Part shown: one piece after another, positions 1 through 12,214 of the stretch | Numbering within the stretch: position 1 is the stretch's first letter | Layout of the letters: each line of letters begins with the position of its first letter | NCBI GenBank assembly: GCA_044892525.1 | Contig: JBJFYX010000144.1 | Span: forward strand, 62,001 to 126,000 | DNA from: Schmidtea polychroa | Lineage: Eukaryota | Reading direction: 5' to 3' | Length of the DNA stretch: 64,000 bases | Made by a program: the position numbers and the translations under genes | The notes under the pieces: model-generated | What the model was told of the DNA's origin: nothing | Databases searched by the model: none | What the model saw: the letters and a program-made list of their open reading frames with translations, nothing else

Positions 1-920
1 TATTTATTTTGTAAGTTAATTAAAAGAAATACTAATACACACAAAATACACAAAATATTTATTTTATAATAGTAAAACAAATTATAAAATAGTTGTTATA
101 TTAAAACAGAAACATTGAAATTTGTTTATAAAAATAGTTTTACTTGGAATTTGAACCATGTTTATTATTGATGTTTGTTAAATAGATTCCCACTGTGCTA
201 TCTAAGCTGTTGTTTTTTACACTTTAAATTTTTATTAATTTTAAAAATATTTTTTTTTGAAAAGTAGTAGGGAAATTTACCAATAAAGTCATCTCTGTTG
301 ATGAGGTCGTAGACCGAGCTAAACAATATTCTCTCAAATGTTTTTAAGGCGAAGAAAATAAAAATAAAGGAATAAAAAATGTGTAAAACATAAAATAAAA
401 AATAACTCATCAAAATTATTTAGATTGCTTCAAACCATTTTCTGAAAAAAGTATGGATATTATTTATAATTTAAATTCTAAAAATCATGAGATGTTATTA
501 CAAAAATCATAAAAATCTTCTTTGGAAAACTATGATAACAAAAAATGTATTTTGTCTGATTTAACAACAACATTTCCTCATTGAAATGATTTGGTTGAAA
601 TTATACAAGAAAAGAATGATTTGGAAATGTATAATGATTATTATCTCACTTGTTGTAGATCCCACCACATTTTATTTTTTGAACCTTGGGTTCTTTCATG
701 TTTCACTTAATGAGATTTTGAAATATATTTATTAAAAGGTTTGCAAAAATACATTTTTATAGCGATAATATTTGCGCAGGTGCAAATCAGAGAATTTTCC
801 AAGTCTCAAGAAATGGAGTAGTGAAGATATATCTAAGTGACTCAAATAAGTCCCAAAATTTTCCAAGAACTTTTCCCAAATATTTTCCAAGTCAATAAAA
901 TTATTATTTTTTTCCAATTA

Positions 921-1120
921 GTGAGGGTTCTACCTCCTCCAGCCCAAAGCCATTTTCATCAAATTAATAAATTATTTATCGAGTAATTGGTTTTTACTAA
1001 ATACTAGGCAGTAAGTTTTTCATAGGTACTAAGTTTTTTATTTTTTAATTTAATGGTGTACGTGGTCTGACAATGTGATTCTTATCTGGGGTCTTTACGT
1101 TAGAGGGGTAGAACCCTCAG
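921..1120. mobile_element. 200-bp MITE (Tc1/mariner-type, TA-flanked)
   Basis: Imperfect terminal inverted repeats gtgagggttctacctcct / agaggggtagaaccctcag; TA on both sides (919-920, 1121-1122); no ORF. Confidence 0.6.
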
Positions 1121-2787
1121 TACTATTATTTATAATTTGAATCATTACTAAACAATAACAAAATTTAAGGATTTAGTCATTTAATATTTACCAAACTAAC
1201 ATGACAACATTAATATTCAATAATAAATATAAAATAAAGATCAAGGCAATCAAATATCCAATTACAGTTACTTCACAAATGACAATGCACTAATACAAGA
1301 ATTAGGGATGTTAAGACTACACTAGCTATTTGTGTAGATAATTGTTGCGGACTTTGAATTGAAATTTCCTTACTAGGTTTCAAATTTTGTTTATTAATAC
1401 CACTTTATACTTCAATGTCTTCAAATAAAAATATAAAACTTGATCATTGCTATATTTCCAATAGCTTTCTCTTATCTGTTTTAAATGTTTTTTTTCTTTT
1501 TTTATGCAATTATATATAAATACAATTTAAACACAAAATAAAGACAGACTAGAAATAACCAGAGAATTATATCTATACGACTCTTTCGTCTTAAAATCAC
1601 CTGACATACACGTAGCTCAATACCAGTACATCCTTTATAAACTCATTTTCCTATGCCTAGCTTTTATTGCAAAATTAAAAGAATCCTTCCTAGTAAATAA
1701 CTATATATTTAATTAAAAAAGCAAAGTATATTATAAAAAAAATATTCTTACAAGTGTTTGTACAAAGTGTACGAAAAAACATGCTTATCTTGCAATTTTG
1801 GATAACATATTTTATAAAGAACTAGTATCAAAAGAAGCAATATTTCACAAACTTTACAGAAAAATTCGAATAACATAACAAAACCAAAACATTAACAAAC
1901 AGGGAAATATATAAAGTCAATTCCTAATAGAGAGAAAGGCCTACAAAATAAATTCTAATAAAAAAACTGAAAGATATGTCAGAACAGAAAATTTGTCCTT
2001 TTCACAGACAGAAAAGTTTAAAATTTAAAATTCTCCACAAATAACAACAAGAATAATAATTTACCAGATTGGATTGTCTGGCATGGAATGATGAGTTGTT
2101 GGAGGAAATTTTGGGAAATTAATTATTATCCTCCAGAAACCAACATATCAGTAACAACTCAGCCACTGTGTTTGAAAATTTTCAATTAAAAAAAACCCAA
2201 TAATATTGGGGATAAATGCAGCTATAAATAATAGACATGAAGCAATTAAAGTCAAACCGGTAATATCGGAATGTCTCCACATAAAAATAATTCTTTATTT
2301 ATAATAAATTGAATATGACAGCAACTTCTAATTTTAATTTTCAATTAATTACTTTTACTGCTACTCGATTTTTGTAAAATAAATATAAATAAAATAAATA
2401 TATAAATAATTTAATTAATTAATAGTAATGCAAAAATGTGCAGTGCAATACATACAAAAATATACATTAAACTACACGAACTTGAATCAAAGAAATAAAA
2501 TATTATAATTGCTCATAATAAAATTATTAGAAAATAATAATAATAATAATTGTTAATTAGAAACACATCATTATATAGCTCTTCATTGCATGATATCTAA
2601 AAGGAAGTTTATTGGTTTAATAATTATTGATACAAAATATCTGCACAAATACATATATTACAATATTCAAAAACTAGCATCAAACATCATAAATAAACTC
2701 TGATCTTGAAACTACGATTTTGACATGTTATTATGTAACAGGTTTTTTTGATTAATTGTGTAATATTTATTTATTATTCTTCTTTAC

Positions 2788-2832
<45 letters not shown>

Positions 2833-2851
2833 TATTATTATTATTATTATT
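2788..2851. repeat. (AAT)n followed by (ATT)n palindromic microsatellite
   Basis: Seen directly in sequence. Confidence 0.9.
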
Positions 2852-4773
2852 GTTATAAAAATTTTCAAACAAGTAAATTATATGATAATCCCTAATATTA
2901 TGTCCCTTGTTTAACATTTAATTTATGATGCTAACAAGAAATCATTTTAATAAATGAAAATATTTGTTTGTTGAATAATAAATAAATTTATGTAATTAAT
3001 TTTCTGATAAGTAAAGCCTCCGTAAATTTCAGATCTGAATTATTTCGCTATATTTTTTCACTTAACATGATACAAACTTCTTTATAACGAAATGTAGGAG
3101 CATTTTGCACTTAGAACAGTTAGAAATGTAGCAATAACCCAACTTCAATTTGTAATTATTTTAAATTGAATAAAATTACATATTTCTGTTATAATATCAA
3201 AATATTGTTTAATATTAGTAGAGAATATTTCATATTTTGATTGACTTCGTGTATGTTTTGACATTAGGGAAATTTAGGGAAATTCATCCTATCCAAAAGT
3301 GACAATTTAATGAATGGTATAAATAAAAAGTACTTCCAACGCAACTTAAATAAATACAATATTGCAGGGATTGTATAAATTAATGGAAAATGTATAGAGA
3401 ATTTTGTACAAAACAAAAAATGTAAAAATCAATATTTTTTGAGGGAAATGCAGGAGGCAAATGAAAAGACAAAATGAATATAATAATTTCAAATCGATAG
3501 TGGGTCCTTAGTAAAGGTTATATCAAAAATACAAAATAATTAATTAATTAGTTGATATAACAAACAGGCAAAGAGTTAGATGATTTTAGTCAGATAATGC
3601 AATTTAATAAATGCTTGATCCAGAGAGAACCTTATCAAAGGAGGGATAAAATACAGTTAAATCCCAGCAAATTTAAAGGAAGTTAATAATTACAAATTTA
3701 TTAAAAGTATGTATTGAGAATGTATTAAAAGGAGAGTTGTAAAGCGCATCAATTTTGAAATAAAAGGTTGGTGGTGGAGTTACCTACGATAAAGAGGAAA
3801 ATGCAATGTTCTATGTTTTACATGTTATTTGTTATAAAAAAAGAAAAGTCAAAATTCTCTCCTCACAACAATAGTATATGAAAATTATAACAGTATAAGC
3901 TATTATATTTAATGAAAATGGAAAGCCTTCTATGTACCATGTTAAGTGCTACAATGAAAATGACTTTTTCAATCTGAATGATCTCTGTCGGTAATACAAT
4001 TGCTTTCTTTTTCTCTAATTTCATTTTTATTAAAACAAATTATCATTTGTACCCAGAATAAAAATATTATAAAATGAACATTTTCAGAAGTTCTTTTCTT
4101 CATGACTTTCAAATGTCTGGAAAGACCTTTTTAATCTTTATATTAATGTTTCTTGGCATGAAATGAACTCTTTGTTTAAACAAAATAATAACAATTCAAT
4201 TAAGATCGAAAAAATATATATACATACTTAATAAAGTTCTTTGTCCAATGACAATTCACAGTCCCACATAAATATCATTAATTAAAACAAATAAAATTAT
4301 TTTAATTATGAAAATATTTCAAAAAAGCGTCAATTAGATATCCAGCATAAGATACTTATCTCATCAACTTAATTAAAACAAATCTTTTCAGACGAAATTC
4401 TTATAGAAAATTGAAAACTTTTACTAATTAAGTATTTATTACAGAATTTTGCTGTAACTTAATTCTCAACAACCGTTAAAAAAATAACAATTTATCGTAA
4501 CCAAAAACTTTCTTTAAAACGACAACTATAATTGTTTTAATAGAAATAATTTATAAACTGTTNNNNNNNNNNNNNNNNNNNNNNNNNNNNNNNNNNNNNN
4601 NNNNNNNNNNNNNNNNNNNNNNNNNNNNNNNNNNNNNNNNNNNNNNNNNNNNNNNNNNNNNNNNNNNNNNNNNNNNNNNNNNNNNNNNNNNNNNNNNNNN
4701 NNNNNNNNNNNNNNNNNNNNNNNNNNNNNNNNNNNNNNNNNNNNNNNNNNNNNNATACCCAGTGCAAACCCCA

Positions 4774-4812
4774 ATAGTAGAAATTCGAGCTCTTGACTCT
4801 CATCAGTACTAT
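4774..4812 (-). ncRNA. Degenerate minimal type I hammerhead ribozyme motif (copy A)
   Basis: Minus strand reads atagta-CTGATGA-gag tcaagag ctc-GAA-tttc-tactat: stem I, conserved core and stem II are present; the A15.1/stem III segment is altered. Confidence 0.5.
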
Positions 4813-5107
4813 GTAGGAGACGTTAAAGTTTCAAGTGAGACATCCGACAAAAAATGTTACAACATTATTTTATAAGTTAAAAATGCTAAAAGTAATCGGA
4901 TGAACTTGTAAACAGTTTCTGTGTATCGACTAATTTTTTAGTCCGCAGAGGTGATTATGATTTTTCATAGGCCATGCTTACAAGTTTACAGATTTTTTGT
5001 GACCAAGCTAATTTGCAAATGATGTGATTTCCAGTGTACCGGGGAAAGTATGCAATAGAGTTGAATCAGCAATATTGTATACTTACCTGGCGCAAAGAGA
5101 AATCTTG

Positions 5108-5149
5108 ATAGTATTGATGAGAGCCAAAAGCTCTAAACTAGTCTACTGT
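5108..5149 (+). ncRNA. Degenerate minimal type I hammerhead ribozyme motif (copy B)
   Basis: atagta-tTGATGA-gag ccaaaag ctc-tAAA-ctag-TC-tactgt: stem I, stem II, palindromic stem III (actagt) and TC cleavage site; two core substitutions. It is an inverted copy of 4774-4812. Confidence 0.55.
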
Positions 5150-5899
5150 TGGGATTTGCACTGGTTATCACAAAGCTTGTACTGTTTATTTTATTCAAGT
5201 GAGATAATTATAAATTGATGATTACTTGGTAGCAGCATTAATTAAAATTTAAACAATTAAATGATAATTTAAGCCCTTTGCTACGAATAATATATTTAAT
5301 ACAAATGAAAAAATTTCAAATATAAGATAGTCCTTTTCAATTTCATGGATTTTAGCTTCTTTTATTTTCAAAAAAGCTCTTTAATTTTTATTTCCTTTTT
5401 TTTACTTCTCATTGGTCAATAATAATAATAAACTTTTTTCTCAAGCATATAAAATTTCTAAAGATGTTTTAATTAAATATCCTTTAAAATTCAAAACGAC
5501 TAACAAGGAAAAATTTTTAAATTTTTAAAGCTTCTATAATTAGCTCGTAGAAACCTAATTTAATAAATACTATCTTAAAATATTTATAAAATATAGTTTC
5601 CAATAACTATTTATATACGGAATTTAAATATTTAAAAAAATGTTTCTATTTTGATTTTTAAATACTAATGATCTTCTAAAATTATATTTTATCTATTTTT
5701 CTATATTATTTTATATTATTATTTTTAATTTTTAATTTAATTTTTTAAAAACTTTTCTCAAGGTAAGTAACAACAAATCAAACTGATGATTTCAATGATT
5801 TCTTCTTTAGTGTTGATAGTTGGCCGTCTGTTTATTATGAGAATTGCTTCCTTAAATCTGAAATTTTTTGTGATGTTTCCATTGGCTAAGTCTTAGCCG

Positions 5900-7150
5900 C
5901 TAAGATTTTGATTAAATTATTTTTTCTTTCATTTCTTGGTTGACTTTGTTGGAGATATCTGTATACCGAGGATTTTCCACAAGGATCTAGATGTTCTTTA
6001 ACTCTTTGGTACAAGGTCCTGAGCGGGCTTCCAATGTATATTTCCTTTTATACATCGCACGTGAATCAATAGACAATGTTTTTTCGAAAGCACAGATCTT
6101 TCGGTGTCTGAAAGTTTTCCGTTTGCAATTGTTTTTTTGTGTTCTTTTCAAGAGCTTTTCTCAATGTCCAAGATTTATGTGGTATACGAATTGGAAGGCT
6201 AGTGCGTTTCAGTTCATTTAGGATCTTGAAGTCGAGTATGTAATTAATGTATGGGATATTCAGATAAAAATATTTCTTTTTCATTTTGTGTGTTATTTCC
6301 TTAGATATTTCTGGAGTAGAATTCATTCTTTCAATGTCCTTACCTTGATATATGTTTCTGTATAGGATTTCATTGAAGTTTATTTGTTGATTATAGTTTT
6401 AGTTTTCTTCAGTACATCGATTGGGTATCCTTTGTTTCTCGTTTTATAGCACGTGTACTTTCTTTAAGTATGGAAGCGCTGATCTTTGGTGCATAAATAT
6501 TTTTTTGCGAGTTGATTTTCTGTAAAACCCGAATGCTGGAGTATCTACTTCTATTTTAATTTTTAAATCCAGTAGATTGATTAATCCATCTTCTTCCGGA
6601 TATTCGATTTCGAACTTAATATCTCGGTGAGCCGCATTGAATGTATGAAATATTTCCTCCGCTTCTTTTCTGGTTTTGGTCGTGATGAAGATATCATCAA
6701 CATATCTTGCATAGAAACCGATGGGTTGTATGGTACTCAGTGTCTGTCGTTCGAGGTTATCCATAAAGATGATTGCTAGCAATCCTGATATGCTAGAACC
6801 CATAGGCAGACCTTTAGCTTGTTTATAGATATTTTGCTCAGTATTCTCGGTATTCATATCCTTTATTAACAAGTTGCTTTCTCTTATTTTTTTTTATTTT
6901 TTTTAAATTTCTTTTCTAAACATTGAATAGCATCTTTTGGATCGATAGATGTGTATAGTGATACGACATCAAGACTGAATGGGTATCTGAATTCTCTATG
7001 AGAAATTATGTTATTATTTTATCTTGTCATGAGGCAGTCGCCGCTTTGAAAATGATGTGGTATCGTGTCAAATAATGGTTTCAAGATCTTTGCAAGGCGC
7101 CAACTTGTTTCAGATGTTGATCCATTTGTGTTGGACACTTTAGGTTTTAA
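5900..7150 (-). mobile_element. Decayed Penelope-like retroelement (RT + GIY-YIG endonuclease)
   Basis: Fragments in the expected order: VSNTNGSTSETSWRLAKILKPL; YPFSLDVVSLYTSI (about 6940-6990); KGLPMGSSISGLLA, YARYVDDIF, LLDLKI, YRKST (6444-6872); GIY-YIG NIVY*FTCDV*KEIYIGS..RTLYQRVKEH (about 5985-6090) with stops. Confidence 0.85.
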
Positions 7151-7724
7151 AATTTGGACCTTGGACCTTTCAAAAGTATGCCCATAATACTCACCTTTGA
7201 ATAAGCTTTTGTTTGATATATACATATTATAAGGTTTCAAAAAATTCGAAGGTTTTTGACCTATTGAAGGTTGAGGACAAACCATACACCTTCCAGGGTA
7301 TAATTATTTTATAGCGCTCTTCAAGAACTTCCGAATGATAACCATATATATAATTTGACCCTTTCAAATTTGAATATAAGTATTTTGTAATGAGTCACTC
7401 CGTTGAGTCATCGATGCCTTTGTTTACCAATGAGTCATGGAGCACACTTCTCTTTACTCTTATATCAACAAAACTGTCCCATTTCATTTAATCTGTTGAG
7501 TTTTCAATTAAATAAATATTAAAGTCGCTGTTTCTGACTGCACGTGTTCTATAAAAACATTTAGACAAACAAAACAACATATTTATGTATAAAATTCGTT
7601 AAATATACAATTCACAAAACTTCGAATATCGCAATAAATGTCTATTCTGACTGTTCAATAAGTTTTCGCTGTGACCACTTTGGTTCTGCACGTTCTATTT
7701 GAGATGTCGTTTTATTATTGAAAT

Positions 7725-9747
7725 GCTCGCTTTATTTGGTAAATAGAAAATGTAGTAAATAAAACAAATCTTAATTTGAACCAGCAATGCAAATCAATAA
7801 ATCAATAAATCAATAAATCAAAATATTGAAAATCTATAAAATATTTTAAAAAATCTCAATTTTCCACTTCGTTATTTCTTTGACAAAATCTTTCCAAATT
7901 TTGAGTTTATTCATAGCAGCCCTTCAATGTTATCATAATAAAGCATTAAACAATTTGTCTTTTTATTGTAAATTGATTCTACATTAGAGTAAGTCATTGT
8001 GATTAAATTATGATAATTTATTGCTTTAATAGGCTATTTTTACTATTGTAATTTAAAGGAGATTTATAGTTCAATGCCAATGAAGATGTTTTTATAATAA
8101 TAAAATCCTGAGTGGAAAAATATTAATTAAAATATTTTAATTTTATAGAAAATAAATAAATATCAATTTAAAAATAATATTTAATTAATAATTATAAAAA
8201 AATCTAAAAAATTTAATTAGTTCAAAAAAAACAAAAATTCTTTAAAGGGTCTCACAAAACAGTCAAATATTTAATTTTATTCAGATCTAATTTAAACAAA
8301 ATTATCTAAAATTTACTAACAATAGACAAAAATAAAGAAATGTAAAATGAAAGAGTGACAGTCAAATGAATGTCATCAGGTAGAAATTGTCCGCTTATAA
8401 CAGATCTAATTTGGAAATGGTGTAAAATATTATTGCTATATAAATTCTGCCTAAATTGCATTTATTTCATATTTTGTTATAAAAACAAATATTAATTAAA
8501 AAATTTGAATGTAAAAATAAATAAATATTAGTATAAAAATAAACATAAATTACAAAAAACATATGTAAAGCAAATTTATATATATATAAGCCATATTCTT
8601 TCGCTTTGCTTTATTGAGATTTCATTTTAATATAAAATTATTTAAAATTCTTTTACGAATAAAATTCTTTTTAAATAAAACATTTATTTTGGACATTAGA
8701 CAAACATAAAAAAATGTAAAATGAAAGCGTTGACCTTGATGAATCATGTTTTTGTTTAAAAAGTTTTTTTTACCACCGGCGGGAGGTGGGGGTTTGTGAG
8801 CCAGCGGTGACATGATATAGCGGTGACAACCATCTACTATTAAATTATTTTAATATTTTCAGTTAAATAGCTTACGTGAAAATTATGTGAAAATTTTAAA
8901 AAATTTTAAATTTGCATCAAATAAATATCTTAGAAAACTGAAATTCTGTAAAAATAGGCAAAGCCAATCTAAAACCTTTAGAAAATTTGAGAAAAGCTCG
9001 CTTTATTTGGTAAATAGAAAATGTAGCAAATTAAACAAATATTATTTTGAACCAATAGAATAAGCAGAAAATGTATAAAAACAGATTTCATTTTCAACAA
9101 TTTGAACCAGCAATGCAAATCAATAAATCAATAGCTTAGGAAATATTGAAAATCTATAAAATCTTTTAAAAAATCTCAATTTTGCACTTCGTTATTAATT
9201 AATAATTATAAAAAAACTTAAAAAAATTAATTAGTTCAGAAAAAACCAAAATTCTTTAAGGGGTCTCACAAAACAGTCAAATATTTACTTTTATTCAGAT
9301 CTCATTTAAACAAAATTATCTAAAATTCCACTAACAATAGACAAAAATAAAGAAATGTAAAATGAAAGAGTGACAGTCAAATGAATGTCAGGTAGAAATT
9401 GTCCGCTTATAACAGATCTAATTTGGAAATGGTGTAAAATAAATATTTTATTATTGCTACATAAATGCTACCAAAATTGCATTTATTTCGTATTTTGATA
9501 AAAAAACAAATATTAATTAAAAAATTGAATATAAAAATAAATAAATATTAGTATAAAAATAAACATAAATTACAAAAAACATATGTAAAGCCAAATATAT
9601 ATATATAAGCCATATTCTTTCGCTTTGCTTTATTGAGATTTCATTTTAATATAAAATTATTTAAAATTCTTTTCCTAAAAACACATTTAAATAAAACATT
9701 TATTTTGAACATTAGACAAAGATAAAGAAATGTAAAATGAAAGCGTT
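7725..9747 (+). repeat. Local direct duplication (7725-8731 versus 8996-9747)
   Basis: Both copies start gctcgctttatttggtaaatagaaaatgtag and end aaaatgaaagcgtt; the second lacks about 300 bp of the first. Confidence 0.85.
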
Positions 9748-10718
9748 CAAATATTTGATAAACTCAATGAAAATGAGAGATTTTGTGACTCTACAGAAGG
9801 CTTTGATGTTGAAATGTTCAATGTTTCTATGGATATTATTGTTGGGAATGTGATGGAGATTTCAAGGAACTCCTAAAGGTGTAAATTTGGTTGCCGCCTT
9901 GAGCCCAGCAACATGATAATGATAATGATAATTTGGCTGGCCTTCAAGGGATTCTATCAAATGCATTTTCACCATCAATTATAAGAAATGCTCAGTTGCA
10001 ATATTATTATAATAAATTCAAATAAATGATCTGATAGAAATCTAACATGGCTGCCATAATATCTGATCCGCATTGATATAATAGATCAGATAATGACAGC
10101 AATTGTGAGATCCCCTGATGATGTGTGTTGCATGCTCATAATGACAGCTGTTCAATAAATAATTCAATTTCATATCAATATAATGCTAATTTTCATTGAT
10201 TTTCTCATTTATTGGTGGCGGCAATTCCGATATTATTGATATTTGAGGGAAATTGGTTGAGAAATATAAAATAGCAATTGAAATCTCAATTTGTAAACAA
10301 AGCAGCGTAACAATTGAGGGGAAATTAAAATGCAAAAATTTCACTTATCGGAAAGAAAATAAAAATTAAAAATGTTTCCAAATAGAAAATAAATATTTTG
10401 AATATAAAATGAAAAAGTAAAAATTTCAAAATATTTCAATTCAAAATCACGAGCAACAATAAAATTTGATTCAAAACAGCTCAATAAATGGATCTGCACA
10501 GAGCTCATTAAATGCTGATCCGATTTGATCCAATCAGCATTAAATGCGGTTACAGCTGATCCACAGCATCAATAATGTTGCAATCAGTTTATAATTGGGC
10601 AAATGCATCAATAACTGATCCAGACAAATTGATCCACCAGCACAAGGCAAATAATAAATCTGATAAAATCCAAAATAAATCAATTTTTATTGAAATGTTT
10701 TTTGTAATTTTCTCGTAA

Positions 10719-12214
10719 TTATTCAATTCTGCACCTGAGCAGCAATTTATCACTTTTGGCTGCTAATTTATTGATTGAGTAATCACCAAAATAAATCCAA
10801 ATTGGAATATTTCTGTCATTTGACGGTTTCCTCCATCCATTACGCTTGCTCATAAATGTCATTGGCTTGCTCATAAATGTCATTGACTTGCTCATAAATG
10901 TCATTGACTTGCTCATATAAATGCTGCCATTTGCTGGATCGATCACATCGATTGTCACCAATTGTTTGAACGGCCAATCCAATTGCTCATCATTTACCCC
11001 ACGCATGAAACAGAAACCAGCTGAAATACACAAATTACCCCAAATCCACACCGCCAAGCACATTTTGTAACCGATTGGCCCGGAATAAAATGCCTCGCTG
11101 TAAATCGATTCATCTTCCTTTTGTTGTGATAATTTATCGATTTGCCATTCAAAAAATCCATAATTTATATATTTTTTATTTGGTAATTTTCTTTTAATGG
11201 GCCGAATATCATTGGCGCATTTCGCCATTTCAAGCTGCAACTGAATCTCAAATTCAAACATTTCAGTAAATCAATAAATCACCTTTTCATTCTTCTGTTG
11301 CAGCTGCTGGTCGCATTTCTCTTTCATTTCATCAATTTGCTGTTGATATCTTGATTCAATAACCTCAATTTGCTGTCTGATCTGCTTTGCATCAATGAAA
11401 ATTCAATAACAAATCAAATCAATAATCAAACTTGATTGATTGATCCAATATTTGTCTCCATCTCCATTCTCAATGAGCGATTCTCATTCTTCACTGCAAC
11501 CATTTCCTCATTCAATTCTTCTATTTCCTCTCTGTTCTCCACCTCTTTCCTTTCAATATTGCACAATTTCACCTACAATCATAAATATCAATTAAATCAA
11601 TTACAAATAAAATATACATTGATATTATCAAATTGTTGTTTGAATTGCGTCATTTCTCCTTTCAATTCGATAATTTCGTTACGCAATTTCATATTCTCAT
11701 CTCTCATTGCTTGCATCTCATTGCATAAATTACTGATCTGATCAATCAATAATTTGCTGTGGCCTTCATTGTTCTCATTGAGATGGGCTTTCAATTTGTC
11801 TTTTACCACCTCATTCATTTCACATCCAATTCTATTGAATGGGCATCTGATTGGCTGCTTGTTGCATGTTCTCATATGGCTCTCCATCATGCACAACTCG
11901 GTTTTGAATTCACAATTTTGCATTGGACATTTTACAATAACTTCAGATATTTTTAAATTCACTGAATGATCCACAGAAACATCTTTAGTGAAAAGAATCG
12001 TTAGAACTTCACAATATTTTGCTGCTCCTGGACAGAATTTATCTTTTCCTTCCAAATAATGCTCAATGCAATCAGAACAAAAGTGACACCCGCAAGGAGC
12101 TTGGCAAGCTTTTATCATTAAACATTTGCAAATTCTGCACATCAAATCATTGCTGATTTCATTATCAAATTCAAATTTATTTCTCTTCATCATTTCCCAT
12201 ACGCTTGAAAACAT
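10719..12214 (-). CDS. Host TRAF-family protein (RING, TRAF zinc fingers, coiled coil, MATH); 4 exons, about 451 aa
   Basis: Predicted exons 12214-11618, 11572-11432, 11384-11283 and 11234-10719, joined in frame by GT-AG introns of 45, 47 and about 48 nt (alternative in-frame acceptors exist for intron 3). RING CRICKCLMIKACQAPCGCHFCSDC; MATH FEWQID..YSEAFYSGPIGYKMCL..FMRGVNDEQLDWPF. Confidence 0.85.
10848..10917 (-). repeat. 21-bp in-frame tandem repeat (MSKSMTF x about 3.3) inside the TRAF MATH exon
   Basis: gctcataaatgtcattgactt units seen directly. Confidence 0.9.

Noticed and set aside
4755-5168. Inverted repeats as MITE TIRs
   Set aside because: Possible (TA at both ends), but the repeats carry hammerhead core motifs and adjoin a Penelope remnant, so a pseudo-LTR origin is preferred.
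9750-10680. Recurrent ctgatcc/gatc words suggesting a hidden gene or repeat
   Set aside because: No consistent period, ORF or splice pattern found.
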